NCBI GenBank assembly: GCA_900088475.1
Contig: FLMG01000988.1
Location: forward strand, 62,001-126,000
Reading direction: 5' to 3'
Length of the DNA stretch: 64,000 nucleotides
From: Hyphochytrium catenoides
Lineage: Eukaryota; Protista; Hyphochytriomycota
Numbering within the stretch: the stretch's first letter is position 1; each line of letters begins with the position of its first letter. Below the pieces are notes generated by a model, which searched no databases, was not told the origin of the DNA, and saw nothing but the letters and a program-made list of their open reading frames with translations. This document shows, piece after piece, positions 32,107-45,180 of this stretch. The position numbers and the translations under genes were made by a program.

Positions 32107-35100
32107 TCATCTTCTCCAAGAGCCACCATCGTCCTCGCTCCTTTCCTTTGGAGGTCCCCTCCTCGCCGGGAATCCGCCCTCATTACGACGAGAGCCAAAG
32201 TCACGGCGAGGTCCACCGAAGCTGCCCTCCTCGTTGGTTCCTTCTTCTCGTGCACCTCCTCTTCGCCAAGGCCTTTCCTTATCACCGTCACGGTCGCTAT
32301 CACCGAAAGCACGTCCTGAAACAGGGAGCGCACAGGTTATGTCATTCAGAAAAGCTCGATCGTTCCATAGAGGTTATCTTTGACTTACTCTCTCCGCCTC
32401 TCCATCCTTGTTCATCGCGAGGGCGGTCGCCACGAGAGAAGCCGCCTTCCCTATCGCCTCTCCTGTCCCCACCGCGTGAGGGGAAAGCACCCTCCCTCTC
32501 CCCACGAGGGAACCTTTCTCCCCTATACATAATAAAGCAATAGGCAAGAGTCAGCTTTGCTAAGAGTTCCACATTTGATCACTACCATCATCCAATTACC
32601 TTGGCGCAGACTCCGGCGGAGGTCCGGAGCGCCTCCAAGTTGAGCTCTCCTCGGCCGCAGATGGGGCCGCAGGCCGGCTGGTACGACATATACTCTTAGT
32701 ATATCAATCCCCAAGTTGGGTGGCGAAGGAAGAGGAATAGGCTCGCTACGAGCACATTTGCCGTCGAGAATATGTTCGTAGTGATTTTACTTACCTCGGT
32801 TCTGCCGCACTGCCTCCACGCCTCCAATTATCGGCACTCTCGGCAGCACTATCCTCAAAGCGCCTTCTAGGAGGGCCAGCATCTGCACCGCTATCTTCAA
32901 AGCGTCTTCTAGGAGGACCGGCATCGGCACCGCTGTCTTCGAAACGTCTTCTTGGTGGACCCGCATCAGCGTCGCCCTCCTCAAAGCGCTTTCTAGGGGG
33001 CACAGGGGGAGCTTCTCTGCGGCCTCTCCAGTCTGGAAAATAGGACATATCAAAAGGATAAATCGTTTGTTTCAGAGATGGCAAGAGTCCATCATCGAGC
33101 CTACCTTCTGCTTCTTCACTGGGCGCCGGCCTTGCCGCTCTAAGCGGTCTGCTGTCTCTTTCATCTGGGGGTCCAAAACCTTGGTTTAGTCGATCTCAAG
33201 AACGTTGCGCAAATTTAGAACATACAGATATAGATAAAAGGATCCAAACAGAGCGCAGGAAATAGCAGGAGAAAGTCCCCGACTTTCATCCGCACCTCAG
33301 GTATTCATAGGGTAAGACATGTTGCAAATGGTATGGGACGCATCTTAGCTTCACCGTGTTCACTTACCGCGCATGCCCCCAAACCCTCTCTCTCCACCCC
33401 TCCACTTGTCCGGGGAGGGCGCTCTCCTATCGGGCGGCGAGGAATATCTGTCGCGTCCCTCTCTTTGCGGAGAAGGTGGACCGCGTCGCCATTCCCTATC
33501 CTCCTCCTCAGGAGGTGGACCACGGCGGTAACGGTCACCCACGTCTTCACGAGGAGGTGGAGATACCATGTCAGGGAGAGGAGGAGTTAGGTCGGTGAGA
33601 TTGAAGGGTGTATGAAGCGGTGTACCTGATGCCCCGGGTCTGCGCCATTCTCTCTCTTCCTCCATTGGGGGTGGTACCGCTCTGGCTTTCGCAGCTTCCA
33701 TCTCTTCACGGAGGCGGCGATCTTCCTCGGCGGCCTTAAGAGCGATCTGCTCCGCCTGACAAAAAGCAGCATGTCAACACAGGGCTTATTCAACAACATC
33801 AACGCGAACAGCAAGAGGATAGGTATAATTGTCTGCGCAGAGGAATAAGGCCGCACCTCTTCAGCTTCTCTTCTAATCCTTTCCTCTTCGGCACGCTCTG
33901 CCTCCTCTTGTTGCCGTTGTCTTTCTCTCTCCTCCTCCTCTCTTCTGAGCTCCTCTTCGTGCTCCTCCCTCCGCTGGTATGCGCGTTCGAGCTTCTTTTG
34001 CAACCTTTCAATGCGGAGCTTTGCCGCGTGCTCTGCTGCCTTGGCCTCATACTCTGTAAGTTCTGTTAGACTATCATTTTGTCTTTCGTACGTCTCTCAA
34101 CACTTTGTTTGGCCAAGAACTAGCTATCAAGCTCAGCACCCACTCTTGGGTTCACTGCCATTTGTTCTTTCAACATCTCCCGGTTCTCTCATGTTGACCT
34201 CAGTGCTGCTTATCCAGGTCAAACTCACCTGCTCTCCGCCTCTCGAGTCTTGCTGCTTCAAAATCTCCTCTGAAGGCCACCATCTTGGCAAGCCTCTTCT
34301 TTTCCTCCTTGCCGTGCTGCCACTCTTCTCGATGCTGCTTAAGGAATGCAGACTGCGCCGCTTCAAATTCAGCTCTGTCTTTAGCCCTTTGCTCTTCGAA
34401 GCGCTGATAGAGTAGAAGCAAGCATTGAGAATGGGACTTCTTGCGATAGACTACAGAGAGCGAACTCCAAGCACGAAGTATAGATGAGAGCAGAACACCT
34501 AAAGAGGTGGGTGCTTGTTAAAGCTGTTGAAGCGCGGAAGAAAGTGAAAAAGCGGCTGGATACAAAGCTTGTCAGTCAACTATTGTCCTGTCTACCTTGA
34601 TGAGAATGGGTCTTTCTTCTTCTCTGGTGGCACGGGTGATGTAATCGAGTCGCTTGGCTTGGTCCCTGACCTTCCTTGCCGCCTCTTCGCGAGCTCTCTT
34701 TGCTTTTTCCCGTGATTCTCTTAGGAGAGCAACCTAAACATCGGCGATCAGCGGAGATTCATGAGATGGTCATATGTAGCAGTTAACATTGCCGGTGCAA
34801 CTTTACCTTGTCAACTGCCTCCAGATCCTCGTCTCCCATGGTGTCCACCGCCTTGCCAAGCCCCTTCAACATCTTCTTGGTCTAGTCCATGACAACTCCT
34901 TTCAGATGAGACTCGATTTAAGAAGCTAAGTGCTGGGATTTACCTCTTTCATTGCAATCTCAGCCTTGATGGCCTGAAGCTTCTCCCTCTCACGCATCCT
35001 TGCCTCTTTCTCGAGCCTTTGCTTCTCTTGTTCCTATTTCAGCACGCATAGCGATGAGACGCAAAATGAAAAGGAACATGCATGAAAAGTTCCTTTCGCA

Positions 35101-37882
35101 CCCTTCTGTATTGTTCCAGCTCCGCCAAGCGCCTAGCTTCAGCCTTCGCTCTTTCCTGCTGCAGCCTCTCCAACTCTTCTTTCCTCTTTTCAATAATCTC
35201 CTTCCGGCTTCTCGCCCTGGCATGCTCTTCGTCAAGGTCATCCCTGACTGCAGTGAACAGCTGTCGACGCTCGGCGTCCTTCTTGGCCATGGCGGCTGAT
35301 CCCTCGGGTGCAATAACTGCAACGACCTTCAGCAGGCGACGACCAAGCTGCAACGGGAATGTCGGGAGTGTTAGAGGAATGATACGGCTAAGATTGTAAT
35401 TGAGCGCTGTTACCTCGCTAAGCTGATCCTTCATCGCAGCGCTTTCGAGCACATCTGCACCAAAGTGCAAGCACCTTGAGCGATGGTCAATTCTCACTCT
35501 CATTCTCCTTCCCTTCACGCTGCCGACAATCAGCTTTTCGACGTCGTGGAATTCAACGTGGAGCTCCTTCAGGAGGCTCTCGAGACGGTCGATGCGCACA
35601 GAGTCATAAACGGTGGCCAGCTGATGGAGCAATTGCTGGACAAGAAGCTTCTCAAGCGATTGGACGTACTGAACCAATGCAGACTGCTTCCTCAGGAATG
35701 CCAAGCCTATATTAAAGGCGGTATATGATTGTGAGAACTTCAATTGCTACTCAATTCTTCGTCTGAGACGCTCTGATCATGAAGACCATAACAAAACGTA
35801 AATACATAGAGTGATGAGGATGCTAAAGAGGTACAACTATAACAACTATAAAAACGAGAAAAAGCCTTGGTACACCAGCCGAGCCCTGTGATCCGCTTTC
35901 AATATTTCTCACTTACCTGGCTTGACCGCTTCCACAATGTTCAGAGGGTGGAACTTGACAGCTAGCTGATGGTAGAGCTCCTGAACCTCTGGGAGTGCTT
36001 GCTCCAGAATATTCTTCGTCACAAGTTCATTAAGCAGGTGCTCACGCTTAGGCAGGTTTGTGAGGCCCAGGAGTGTCATCATACGACGGTTCTTCTCCTT
36101 GTCGATGTCATCCAGTTCGAGGAGCTTTCCATCATCCTGAACGGCCAAAAGGGTTAGAAGTTGCCAGAAATCACCCGTCGTAGACTCAAGCACATACTCC
36201 AAGGGAAAGGACCAAGTAGTTAATAGTCCAAGGAAGCTTAACGCAACGCAATGAGAAGACAATTCGGACTTAGAAGGGTTGCCAACGCACCTTCTGATCC
36301 TGAGAAACTGGGATTGAAAGAGTGGCCAGCACCACAGCTGATGACATCGTGCGGAGCTTCTCTTGAGTGAGCTTGGTGTTATGGCTGCGCGATAGCAGAT
36401 AGAACTTGAACCAGGCATAGGCGTGGAACACATAGTTCTCGCTAACCCAGAAGATCTACCATTAAGGAGCGCCAAGAGTGCATCGTAAGTATCCCAAGCT
36501 GTTTTCCTCTCTGAGGGCTTAAGGAATGAATCCCGCTCCAGTATAAGCATAAAGGTATCTCTGAGCGGTAGTGAGTCTCACCTGGGTCAATCTCTCGTAG
36601 TACGTGGCCATGAGAGAAATCTTAGGGCTCTTCCTTGTCATTCCCATAATACCATGAATGTCCTCAATGGTGCGGAACCCCTCCGTCCATAACTCCATTT
36701 CTGTGGCGACCTGAGTGCACGTATTGCATTTAGTTAAACGAAAGCAAGATATCGACAAGTACCTATCTGTTCTCTCAGCGATCGCATCAGTGAGAGATGG
36801 AGATCTAAGACCATTACGGCTGAATCATATAATTAGAAGTTTCCATGTTTCCTCACCTCAAGCTGAGTGAAACGGGTCTGGAGATGGAGCTCAATGGCTT
36901 CCGTAGTCCAGCCTTCCCAACCTCTCAACGGCCGCACATTGGTTCCTAGACGTTATGAGAGTGTTAGGACATGGTAGAAAATAGTGGCCGCAGTACCGCT
37001 ATCACTCTCTGCGTCAAGCTCACCTGCTGCCACCTGATTGGCATAGTTCTGGAGGTGGGTCAAATGCGTGCGCAGGATGTCGCACAAACGGCGAAACTCC
37101 GTTCTTCGGTGGTAGGTGCGACAGAAGTTAAAGGCCTTGACGCAAGTCTGATGGTATAGGTGGTCCAGCTATCGAAGACACACAAGGTCAGTTAGAATTG
37201 ATGCGTCCCCAAGAGGCCGTCCAAGGTCACTATTGGGTGCCTACCTTGCTATTATTCTTAAGAATTTCGAGCACAGTCCTGTAAGTTTCCCACAGGAACT
37301 TCAGCCAAGGTACAAGCATTTCACGGGAGATCCTGTCACTCTGTGCATCATCGGTGATTGTTGAAAGCATGATGCTCTCAGGGGTTTGCGAGGCCTCCAG
37401 ATCATCCACAATCTCAGCGGCAGCCAGGGAAACCTGAGTGGAAGCCTTGTTGGCACGAGAAACCCGATTTTCGGCCAACTTGATGAGATGGTTGATAACC
37501 ACTTCCAGGGATCCTGGGTTTTGCTATATAAATATTTACGACGAGCGATTTGAGAGAAGACACCGCATTATTAGTACCGCCTTTGATGGCAGAATCTCAA
37601 CAACAATATTGGGTTCACCTGCTGGCTGATGTTCCTGTATTGGTGCAGCCCATCCTTCGCCTCAAGGCTGAGTTGGAGCTCCACACAGATTTCGAGGTAG
37701 AGGAGCATAACATCTTCATGGGTCTTTTGCCAAATGACCTTCTTCCTTGACTCCAGCACATCGTGGAGAAGCTGCAGCGCAGCTCTCTTATTCCGCTTCC
37801 GAATTACCTCTTCATTCGTGGGAATGTTGATAATATCCCTGGCCCTTTTAAGGACATTCTCGGGCTTTGCCTGCATGGACAT
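32107..37882 (-). CDS. EIF3A: Eukaryotic translation initiation factor 3 subunit A, multi-exon
   Basis: MSMQAKPENVLKRA..., AKDGLHQYRNISQQ, PWLKFLWETYRTVLEILKNNSK, ELWTEGFRTIEDIHG, a PCI-region segment (QLATVYDSVRI...VRIDH), a charged coiled coil and an R/D/G/P-rich tail ending DDGGSWRR* (stop 32107-32109). Confidence 0.96.
32845..33000 (-). repeat. Coding 42-bp (14-aa) repeat PPRRRFEDSGADAG, about four copies, in the eIF3a tail
   Basis: Translation reads PPRKRFEEGDADAG PPRRRFEDSGADAG PPRRRFEDSGADAG PPRRRFEDSAA. Confidence 0.9.
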
Positions 37883-38619
37883 GGTGCCAAGTATGGAACC
37901 TACTCACTGCGCTGTCCTCAGCAGAGAGCCACGTGAGTCTTTAACCTAGCCCGCTGAATCTGCAAGGCCAAATCTGTGTCTGTCTCTCAGGACAGAGATC
38001 GCGATTGAGGAACTATTGCGCGGCGCCGCAAGTTAGCGGCCAGCCCCACGTTTTCTTCTAAAGCAATGGCTGGAGAGCAGCCTCCCTCTCCTGGAGGGTC
38101 GAGATCTTCGACCACTATCAAAGTACAAAGGCAATTACCCTTTTGAAGGGTCGAAAGGTCTCAATAAAGGATCTTGGGGGATAAAATTTCCCTCTATTGA
38201 AAGATTCACGGAGTAATTGAATAATTTGAAATATTGTCGGAAACCTTCAAATGCAGCCACGTCGGTATGGATCCGGCGTGTTGTCCTTCCATGGCGTCAT
38301 CCCACTCATCACTCTCTGCCTCCCTCTGCTGGTCCAAAGTGTCTACGAGGACAGTTCAGAGTTCAGACAGCTCTTCGGACTGATTTTTCTTACTTCTGTC
38401 TGGTTCCTGGGCTCTAGATAACCGGTAGTGCCCTTGCGGTGCTATCTGGGTCATGAGAAAGTGACCCATGGAATAGAGTCTCAAAGATTCAGCCTCGCAT
38501 TTAACCAATTGCCTGGTGAAGGCTAGTAACAGATCCAAGAAGTTGCTATTTAACTTTTACGGAGCGAGCCTCACCTGACCTAAGGAGCTCCAACGTAGAA
38601 GAAGTGGCCGAGAGGAAAC

Positions 38620-39912
38620 ATGGTTCTATCAGCACCAATAGCAGTTGTAAATACGGAGGCAATAGAGTTCTCGTCGATGGTGAAGGAACTTGTTCAGCAC
38701 CCTTCCGATTGCATTGCCCTCGAGGTACAGCATAAGCACAGAAGTGTCAACAACCGCTTGGAAGTTGAGGAAGGGGTATTTATAGAATATGATGTCTACG
38801 GGCCTGACAATGCCAAAGAGAAGATCGTCTGGGTGATGGGGTACGTACGGAAAGGTTGATGCAGTGCTCCTACTTGACCGCTCCATCTAACCAGTAGGCT
38901 TCGTATGTACCTTCAGGTTCCTGGCCTCCCGGTCGTTGTGGTTCTCCTTCATTAATGGTCTGCTACGATCAGATCCCATCTTTGAAGATAATTTTCAGAT
39001 GCTGCTGGTGGACAATCGCGGAATGGGTGGGAGTTCAGCTCCAGCAGGAAGGTAGTTTCCTAAGAGCCAGCTTTGTCCCATGCTTCGCGAAGGTCTACAA
39101 CTTCTTTGTCCCCTATAATAGGTACCGAACGGACCAAATGGCTGAGGACGCGCTCAAAATTGTTGATCATCTAAAGTGGGAGGAGTTCCACCTCGTCGGG
39201 CTATCGATGGGTGGCATGATCTCCCAGGAGCTGGCACTTAAAGCCAAAGACCGCGTTCGCTCGCTGGCTCTCCTCGTTACACATGCTGGAGGCCCTCGAG
39301 CTTTACCTGCTCCACGACAGCTAGGTGGCTACATGTCAATGGCGAAAACGGTCCTATTTTCCAGGACACCTCAGCAATTTGTTGAAGGTTTCGTCTCCAG
39401 CCTTTACACACAGGAGTATCTCGAAGGTAAGGCGGTTCACTTGCATGACTCTTACTACTGGTTAACTACTTCTTGTATATGCCTTTTTCTTTATGTCATC
39501 TAATTGACACCAATCAGCTATCGCTCCTGATGGAAGTGGGAGGACGAACAAGCAGAAGTCCGTTGACACTGCACTGGCCCGCACGGCCATTGCACGGCAA
39601 GCGGGAAAGGAGCTTCAGCTGGCGGGAATATTAGGTCAACTTTCAGCCACTCAGACACATCGTGTCCCAAAGGCCCGATTGCAAGGACTACTTGCTTATA
39701 AGTACCCTATTCTTCTTGTTGGGGCCAAGAAGGACAGGCTGATTCATCATCGAAATGCTGCCGCCATGTACAAAGCGCTGGACTCTCCTCAAACAAAGCA
39801 TATCGAGGTGGAAGGCGGACATGGAGTCCTACTTGAGGATCAAGAAGTGGTTCTTCCTCATGTTATCGACAACATTATGAGAGGAATCCACGGCCCAAGC
39901 CACCCGATATGA
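38620..39912 (+). CDS. Alpha/beta hydrolase, paralog 1 (4 exons)
   Basis: IEYDVYGPDNAKEKIVWVMG / DNRGMGGS / VGLSMGGMISQELA (nucleophile Ser) / KKDRLI (Asp) / EGGHG (His). Confidence 0.92.
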
Positions 39913-40480
39913 GACAGGTCAGCTCACTGAGGAAGCAAGTTACGCCTGGCCTGCAGCATAATAGGGGCGGCTTACATTCTGATATCTCAAGGTTCTATAA
40001 CCTGCTTCTACTATGAATGAGAGGCAGGAGTTTGTAGGATCTTTGTGTTGCATACAATCAATAAAACATAGTGCTGGTTGACTAAGAAAGGTTAGTTTCT
40101 AGGGCTTTTTAAAGTAACTAAAAAAGGGAAAGTATGAAACCTTGGAGCTTCGATATCTTTCAACACTTCTGAATAGGTTACCGTGCCTGTCGAGATGACT
40201 CAGAACTGTCCAAAGCTTTATCGCATCTTTCCTCCTCCTCTCTCATAGAGACACACTCATCATCTGGTGGTCCTCTCCTTCTCATGTCGCTCCACATCTC
40301 CAATCACTATCCTTGGGGCCGAGCTCAAAAAACTCGTTTGCGGGCACCGAGACAGCCCAGTGGAGCCCAACTGATCTGCAATTCTCCCTGTCCCGGCCGC
40401 GGTGAGGCCATCAGCACCGATTAGGTGTGTTTTTAGAGTAGTGACTCCCTTAACCAATCAGCCGGAGTCTTTGCGCCATA

Positions 40481-41829
40481 ATGACGAATAATGGCGATGG
40501 TAAAGAGAAGTTGGAGCTGGGTGATTACTCTCCTCTCGTGAAGGACTGTTGTAAGTTCCCTGAAGACTATCCCGACTGCGAGATCGTCCATCCCTACCGA
40601 AGACTTGACAACATAGTGGAGCTTGAGGATGGGGCGAGGATTGAGTACGATGTCTTCGGCCCGGACTCTGCCCCGGAAAAGATTGTGTGGATAATGGGGT
40701 ATGTTGAGCTTCCTCTTTGCGCACGATGGTGCCTATTGCACTGCCACTGATACTGAGCTTTGCCCTGTTCAATCTCTATTCTAGGTTTATGGCATCAAGA
40801 ACGCTTTGGTGTTCTTTCATTAGCAAGTTTCTGCGGTTAAACCCTGCCTTTTATGAAAGGTACCAGATGCTGACCTTCGATAATCGAGGCGTGGGGGGCA
40901 CTTCCGCGCCAAGTGGCAGGTAAGCGCGGGCATGGATGCCTAATTGTAGTGCCTAGTGTGTCTGGATAGGGGCTAAAACCCAAACTCTCTAATGCAATAG
41001 GTACACCAACAAGCAGATGGCCTCTGATACCTTGCAGGTCGTCAATCACCTCAATTGGGAGAAATTTCACGTGGTGGGGATATCAATGGGAGGGATGATT
41101 GCCCAGGAGCTGTCCATCTTGGCAGACTATCGGATAATCTCGCTTTCCTTGTTAGTGACGCATAGTGGAGGACATCGTTCATACCCGGGGTTGCAGCAAC
41201 TTGGAGGGCACTTGGCTATGGCCAAGACGATATTTCTGGCTAGAACGGCAGAAGATTGGGCAAAGGGTATTGTCCCCACGTTGTACTCTAAGAAGTTTAT
41301 GGATGGTAAGGATATGCCATTCATGTTGTCAAGTGCCACAAGCGGATACTTTATCCCTTCTCTTCTCTCCTAATTTTCCTATTTTTCCACTAACCTAAAC
41401 CCTCTGCGATAATCAGCCCCAGCGGATGATGGGACCGGTAGAACGAATGGCCAGAAGTATATTGACATCTTCGTGTCCCGAGCAATGCTTGGGCGGAAGA
41501 AAGGCAAGGCGACTACCCTCAAGGGCATTCTGGGCCAAATGGCAGCTATCCAGACGCACAGAGTCGCTGACAAGAGAATCAAAGAGATTCTTGCGCACTC
41601 ATATCCCATCCTCCTAGTAGGTGCCAGACGTGATCGGCTGATTCACCACAGCAATGCAGCCGCAATGTACCAGGCACTTGCCTCAGATCACACGCGGCAT
41701 ATAGAGGTGGATGGTGGTCATGGACTTCTAATTGAGGACTACGAAGACGCCGCTGCAGCTCTAGTTGACACTTTTAACCGAGGCACCATTCAGCTTGAGA
41801 TCAGGGAGCCTACTATGAGTAAATACTGA
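40481..41829 (+). CDS. Alpha/beta hydrolase, paralog 2 (4 exons), tandem duplicate
   Basis: IEYDVFGPDSAPEKIVWIMG / DNRGVGGT / VGISMGGMIAQEL / RRDRLI / DGGHG, with the same three intron positions as paralog 1. Confidence 0.92.
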
Positions 41830-41981
41830 TAGGCTGATAAGGCCGTAATGCTATGCAGGTGGATTTTGTAACTCATTTGCCACTAATCATCTCTGACACT
41901 CTAATTCGTTTGCGACCCTCGTCAATTTTAAGGCAGCCCGAAGTGTTTTTATCACGTTATGCCAATGTGCAGAGCCATCAG

Positions 41982-43032
41982 TTACCGTCCAGCGCCTAAG
42001 ACGTTGCCTCTACCCCATTGATGGCCCTGAGGGCGGGGTGCTCGGACAGGCGCCCCTGTTTGACCAAAGGTCTGGGTGGTGGTCCGTGAGTCCACAAAGG
42101 ATTGTCTATCAACAAACGATAGGGATTAGTATCAGGAGCTTGTCAAGGAAGAGAGAAGCCTATACATACATCGTCTGAGGTGTTTTTAATGCCGTAATAC
42201 CCTGCGTATTGGGTAGAACATCCGCCAGAAAGTAGTAGACATGGCCCACGGCAATGCCAATCAGATCAGGCACAGGGCTGCCACCCATTAAGATCGTCAG
42301 CACAACTATCGCCCAAGGCAAGTAGATGCCCTGCACCGGTACACCTAGATCGGTACGAGAACCCATGGTTCAGTGCATATCCGACAAGGTTTTTCAATGA
42401 TTCAGAAAGCCGTTACCATATATACTAATCACAGAGGAGGCATTCTTCCGACTCCAAAGGTAGGTGACGACCATCACTAGGGAGTCGTTATAAAAATAAA
42501 GCTCAAGCAAAGTGCTTATCACCTGCGCCAGCAAGGGTTAAATGCGGACCGTACTCATCAGCTTGAAAAAACCTACATTGAGTACGCCAAAGGCTATCAC
42601 CAGCATGAAGAGGTAGTCTGCTGACTCTGATCCTCCTGTCCTAAATGGAGCCATCTCATAGCGCTGCGAGTACATTACTCTGCGGCTCCTATCAGAATAG
42701 TCATCTAAGGAATTCGCAGAAGCTTAAACTTACAGAAGATATGCCTTGAAGAGAAAGGACATTGAGAACTTGCCCAAGAACAGCCCAGGAGTGACCAGGC
42801 GCCAGATCTAGCGTTCAGGGAATGAATTGATTAGTACTCCGCCAGACAAAGGAGATAGGGCCCAACTCACCTGAAACTTTGTCCAGATGGGTTTCCAGGC
42901 ATAGTACAGATACTCCATGTTCAACAGCCCCATGTTGGCCATCACAGTCATGGCAAAAGAAGCGCCGAAAAGGTACTTGGTGACAAAGGGCAAGCCCTGG
43001 AACCATGCTTGAGGACTACCAGCATCCGACAT
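41982..43032 (-). CDS. Derlin (ERAD rhomboid-like membrane protein), multi-exon
   Basis: [40 protein letters not shown]...[15 protein letters not shown] and a C-terminal SHP-box-like [10 protein letters not shown]; stop at 41982-41984. Confidence 0.95.
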
Positions 43033-45084
43033 CGTCTATCCAGTAAACCTAGCTAGCGACCGGTGTCGCACGCAATGCAGCCTCTTTGTCTCTTCTGGCC
43101 AAGACGGCGATAGAAGACCCTCTGCTGCACAAACTTTGGCTAACACAGGCTCTGTGTGACTGTATTGAAGAGCTGCAGAGGAGCTTTGAGCTTTTCTATA
43201 ATGTGGCTGATCGGTGCCAGCAGAGCCAGCAGAGACGCCTGTTGAAGCTCTTCTGGTACAGTACCTTTACAACCAGATGTGTGCCTCATCACTACTCACT
43301 CCAGCGCTTTGTCTTTTGTCGCAACTAGTGCGTAGTAGTAGTACAAAGATTCTGGCACAGAGGGTTTGGTTCTTGAGATACCCTTTATAATAAACGCAAG
43401 GCTTTCGTAGTAGTTCCGCAAAGCAGAGAACAAGAGAGGTTGACTCCTATTTATGAATGGGCGATGCAATAATAATGTCAAGGAGGCGATGAAAGGGCTT
43501 CCTTTCTGAAGGAAATCCTGGGGAGATAGTTTCTACTTCTCTCCCCTCTCATCAGCTGGCATGACGCTGTGCGATCTCCTTTGGAACAGGTAGCTCTATG
43601 AAGCCTTATTATGAGGCTCAGTATTCGTAGAGTCTCTCACCCCCGTGGGTCTCCTATAGAGCTTATGTCTTCTGATAAAGTCTCACCCCTCTAAGTGAGC
43701 CTTATCGGTCCCCTGATATTGTACACTGCTTTCAGGTTATTGGCAGATTGGATAGCTTATTGACAATTTCATCGAATTCGTCCTTTGACTTTTGACTACT
43801 ATTGCTTTATCTATTCTTAGCTCTCTGACTTCTTCAGTTTCGTGGCGCTGCCCATCAGTATGTCTAGTGGTACCACTACTGGGGCGTCCACCACGAAGGG
43901 TAGTGTTGTCACTAGTGGTGATGGTAGTGAAAGTGCAAAAGTCTACTAGTAACATGAAGATAACGCTGGAGGTATTTGGACTCTCAATGTATGTCTTCAC
44001 TCCTGGACTAGCCGACTGTCACCTTTAGTGAATGATCTTTGGGCTGTTCTGGAGCCCTATGAACCCACTGAGGGAACTGTAAGGTCGGGACCACTAACTC
44101 CCAAGTGAGGTGACCGTGATTGACTGGTACTTCCTTCAAACTCTCCTACATTAGACGCTATGATGACTCCGCTCGGCGACTATGACAAGAAGATCCCTGC
44201 AGCATCTAGGGACAGACCCGTTGAATGGATCGACAGGATCGACGTGAACGCGACGAAGAGCAAGCCTGAGCAACTAACTGAGGCCGGTGTACCAAAACGG
44301 ACACATTCTTCTTGGATGACCACATCCGCATACTCAGTGCACTGCTGACGGAACTGGCACGGCGGAGTAATGACTTTACTTTCTTTCTATCATGGCCCAC
44401 CCTGATCAACAATGTTGGGATACACGCACAGTATGTGGTTTATCTAAAGCCGTCTCACTGGGAAAGGAGATGAGCTGGAACAATGCTCTGGACACAGACC
44501 TGGGGAAAGTGGACCATATACTGTGAGTGTCTGCGAAGGCAGGTGACAAGGAGGGGCCCATGGTAGAAAGGAAGGTAAAGCAACTACGCGCCCTGCCAGT
44601 TCCGCAAGCAGTGCACTATATAGGGGTGTGTGGTCAACAAAGAACGTGCCCGATTGGTACACCAGCCCAGTTTGTTGCTCAAGCTTGCGCAGGGTCGCAC
44701 TTACGTCGGCGCCGATGTACGACAAACAGTGCAGCGAGTTGATGCTGAGGTTGCTTCTCGGGACAGACCTTCTCTCCCTCCTTCTCCATCTAACACGACT
44801 GCTTCTACTTCGTTTGACTTGTTGCATCGTGCGATGAGAGCTGCTATGGCGCACAGAGATGTTCGTGTGTGCTTTTAAATTGCAGGAATGTGGGCCATCA
44901 TGTTCCACAATGCCCTGATAATGATAGAGATAGCTGGCAAGTAGCCGGGAGGGTCCTCCCGACATACTATACTGTAGCAATTTTGACTTATGCTCAGCCT
45001 GGTGAGTCTTTATCGCCTGCTGCTTGGATGGGAGCGTGTCAAATCTGAGCACTTTTTCCTCTTCCTCGTCTTCTCGTAGCACCT

Positions 45085-45180
45085 CACCAGCAGGACTGGG
45101 ACCCTAATTTGACTCTGTGGATGAGGGGTTTCGTTTCGAACCGAATGCCGTCATACACAAATCGAAGCCCTACCTCCTAA
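45085..45180 (+). mobile_element. Possible degenerate Ty3/Gypsy integrase fragment
   Basis: Translation HQQDWDPNLTLWMRGFVSNRMPSYTNRSPTS* loosely follows the integrase pattern 'HQ.DWD..L....FAY....S.T..SP'. The surrounding 43.7-47.2 kb has only stop-riddled frames. No LTRs or RT were seen. Confidence 0.3.
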
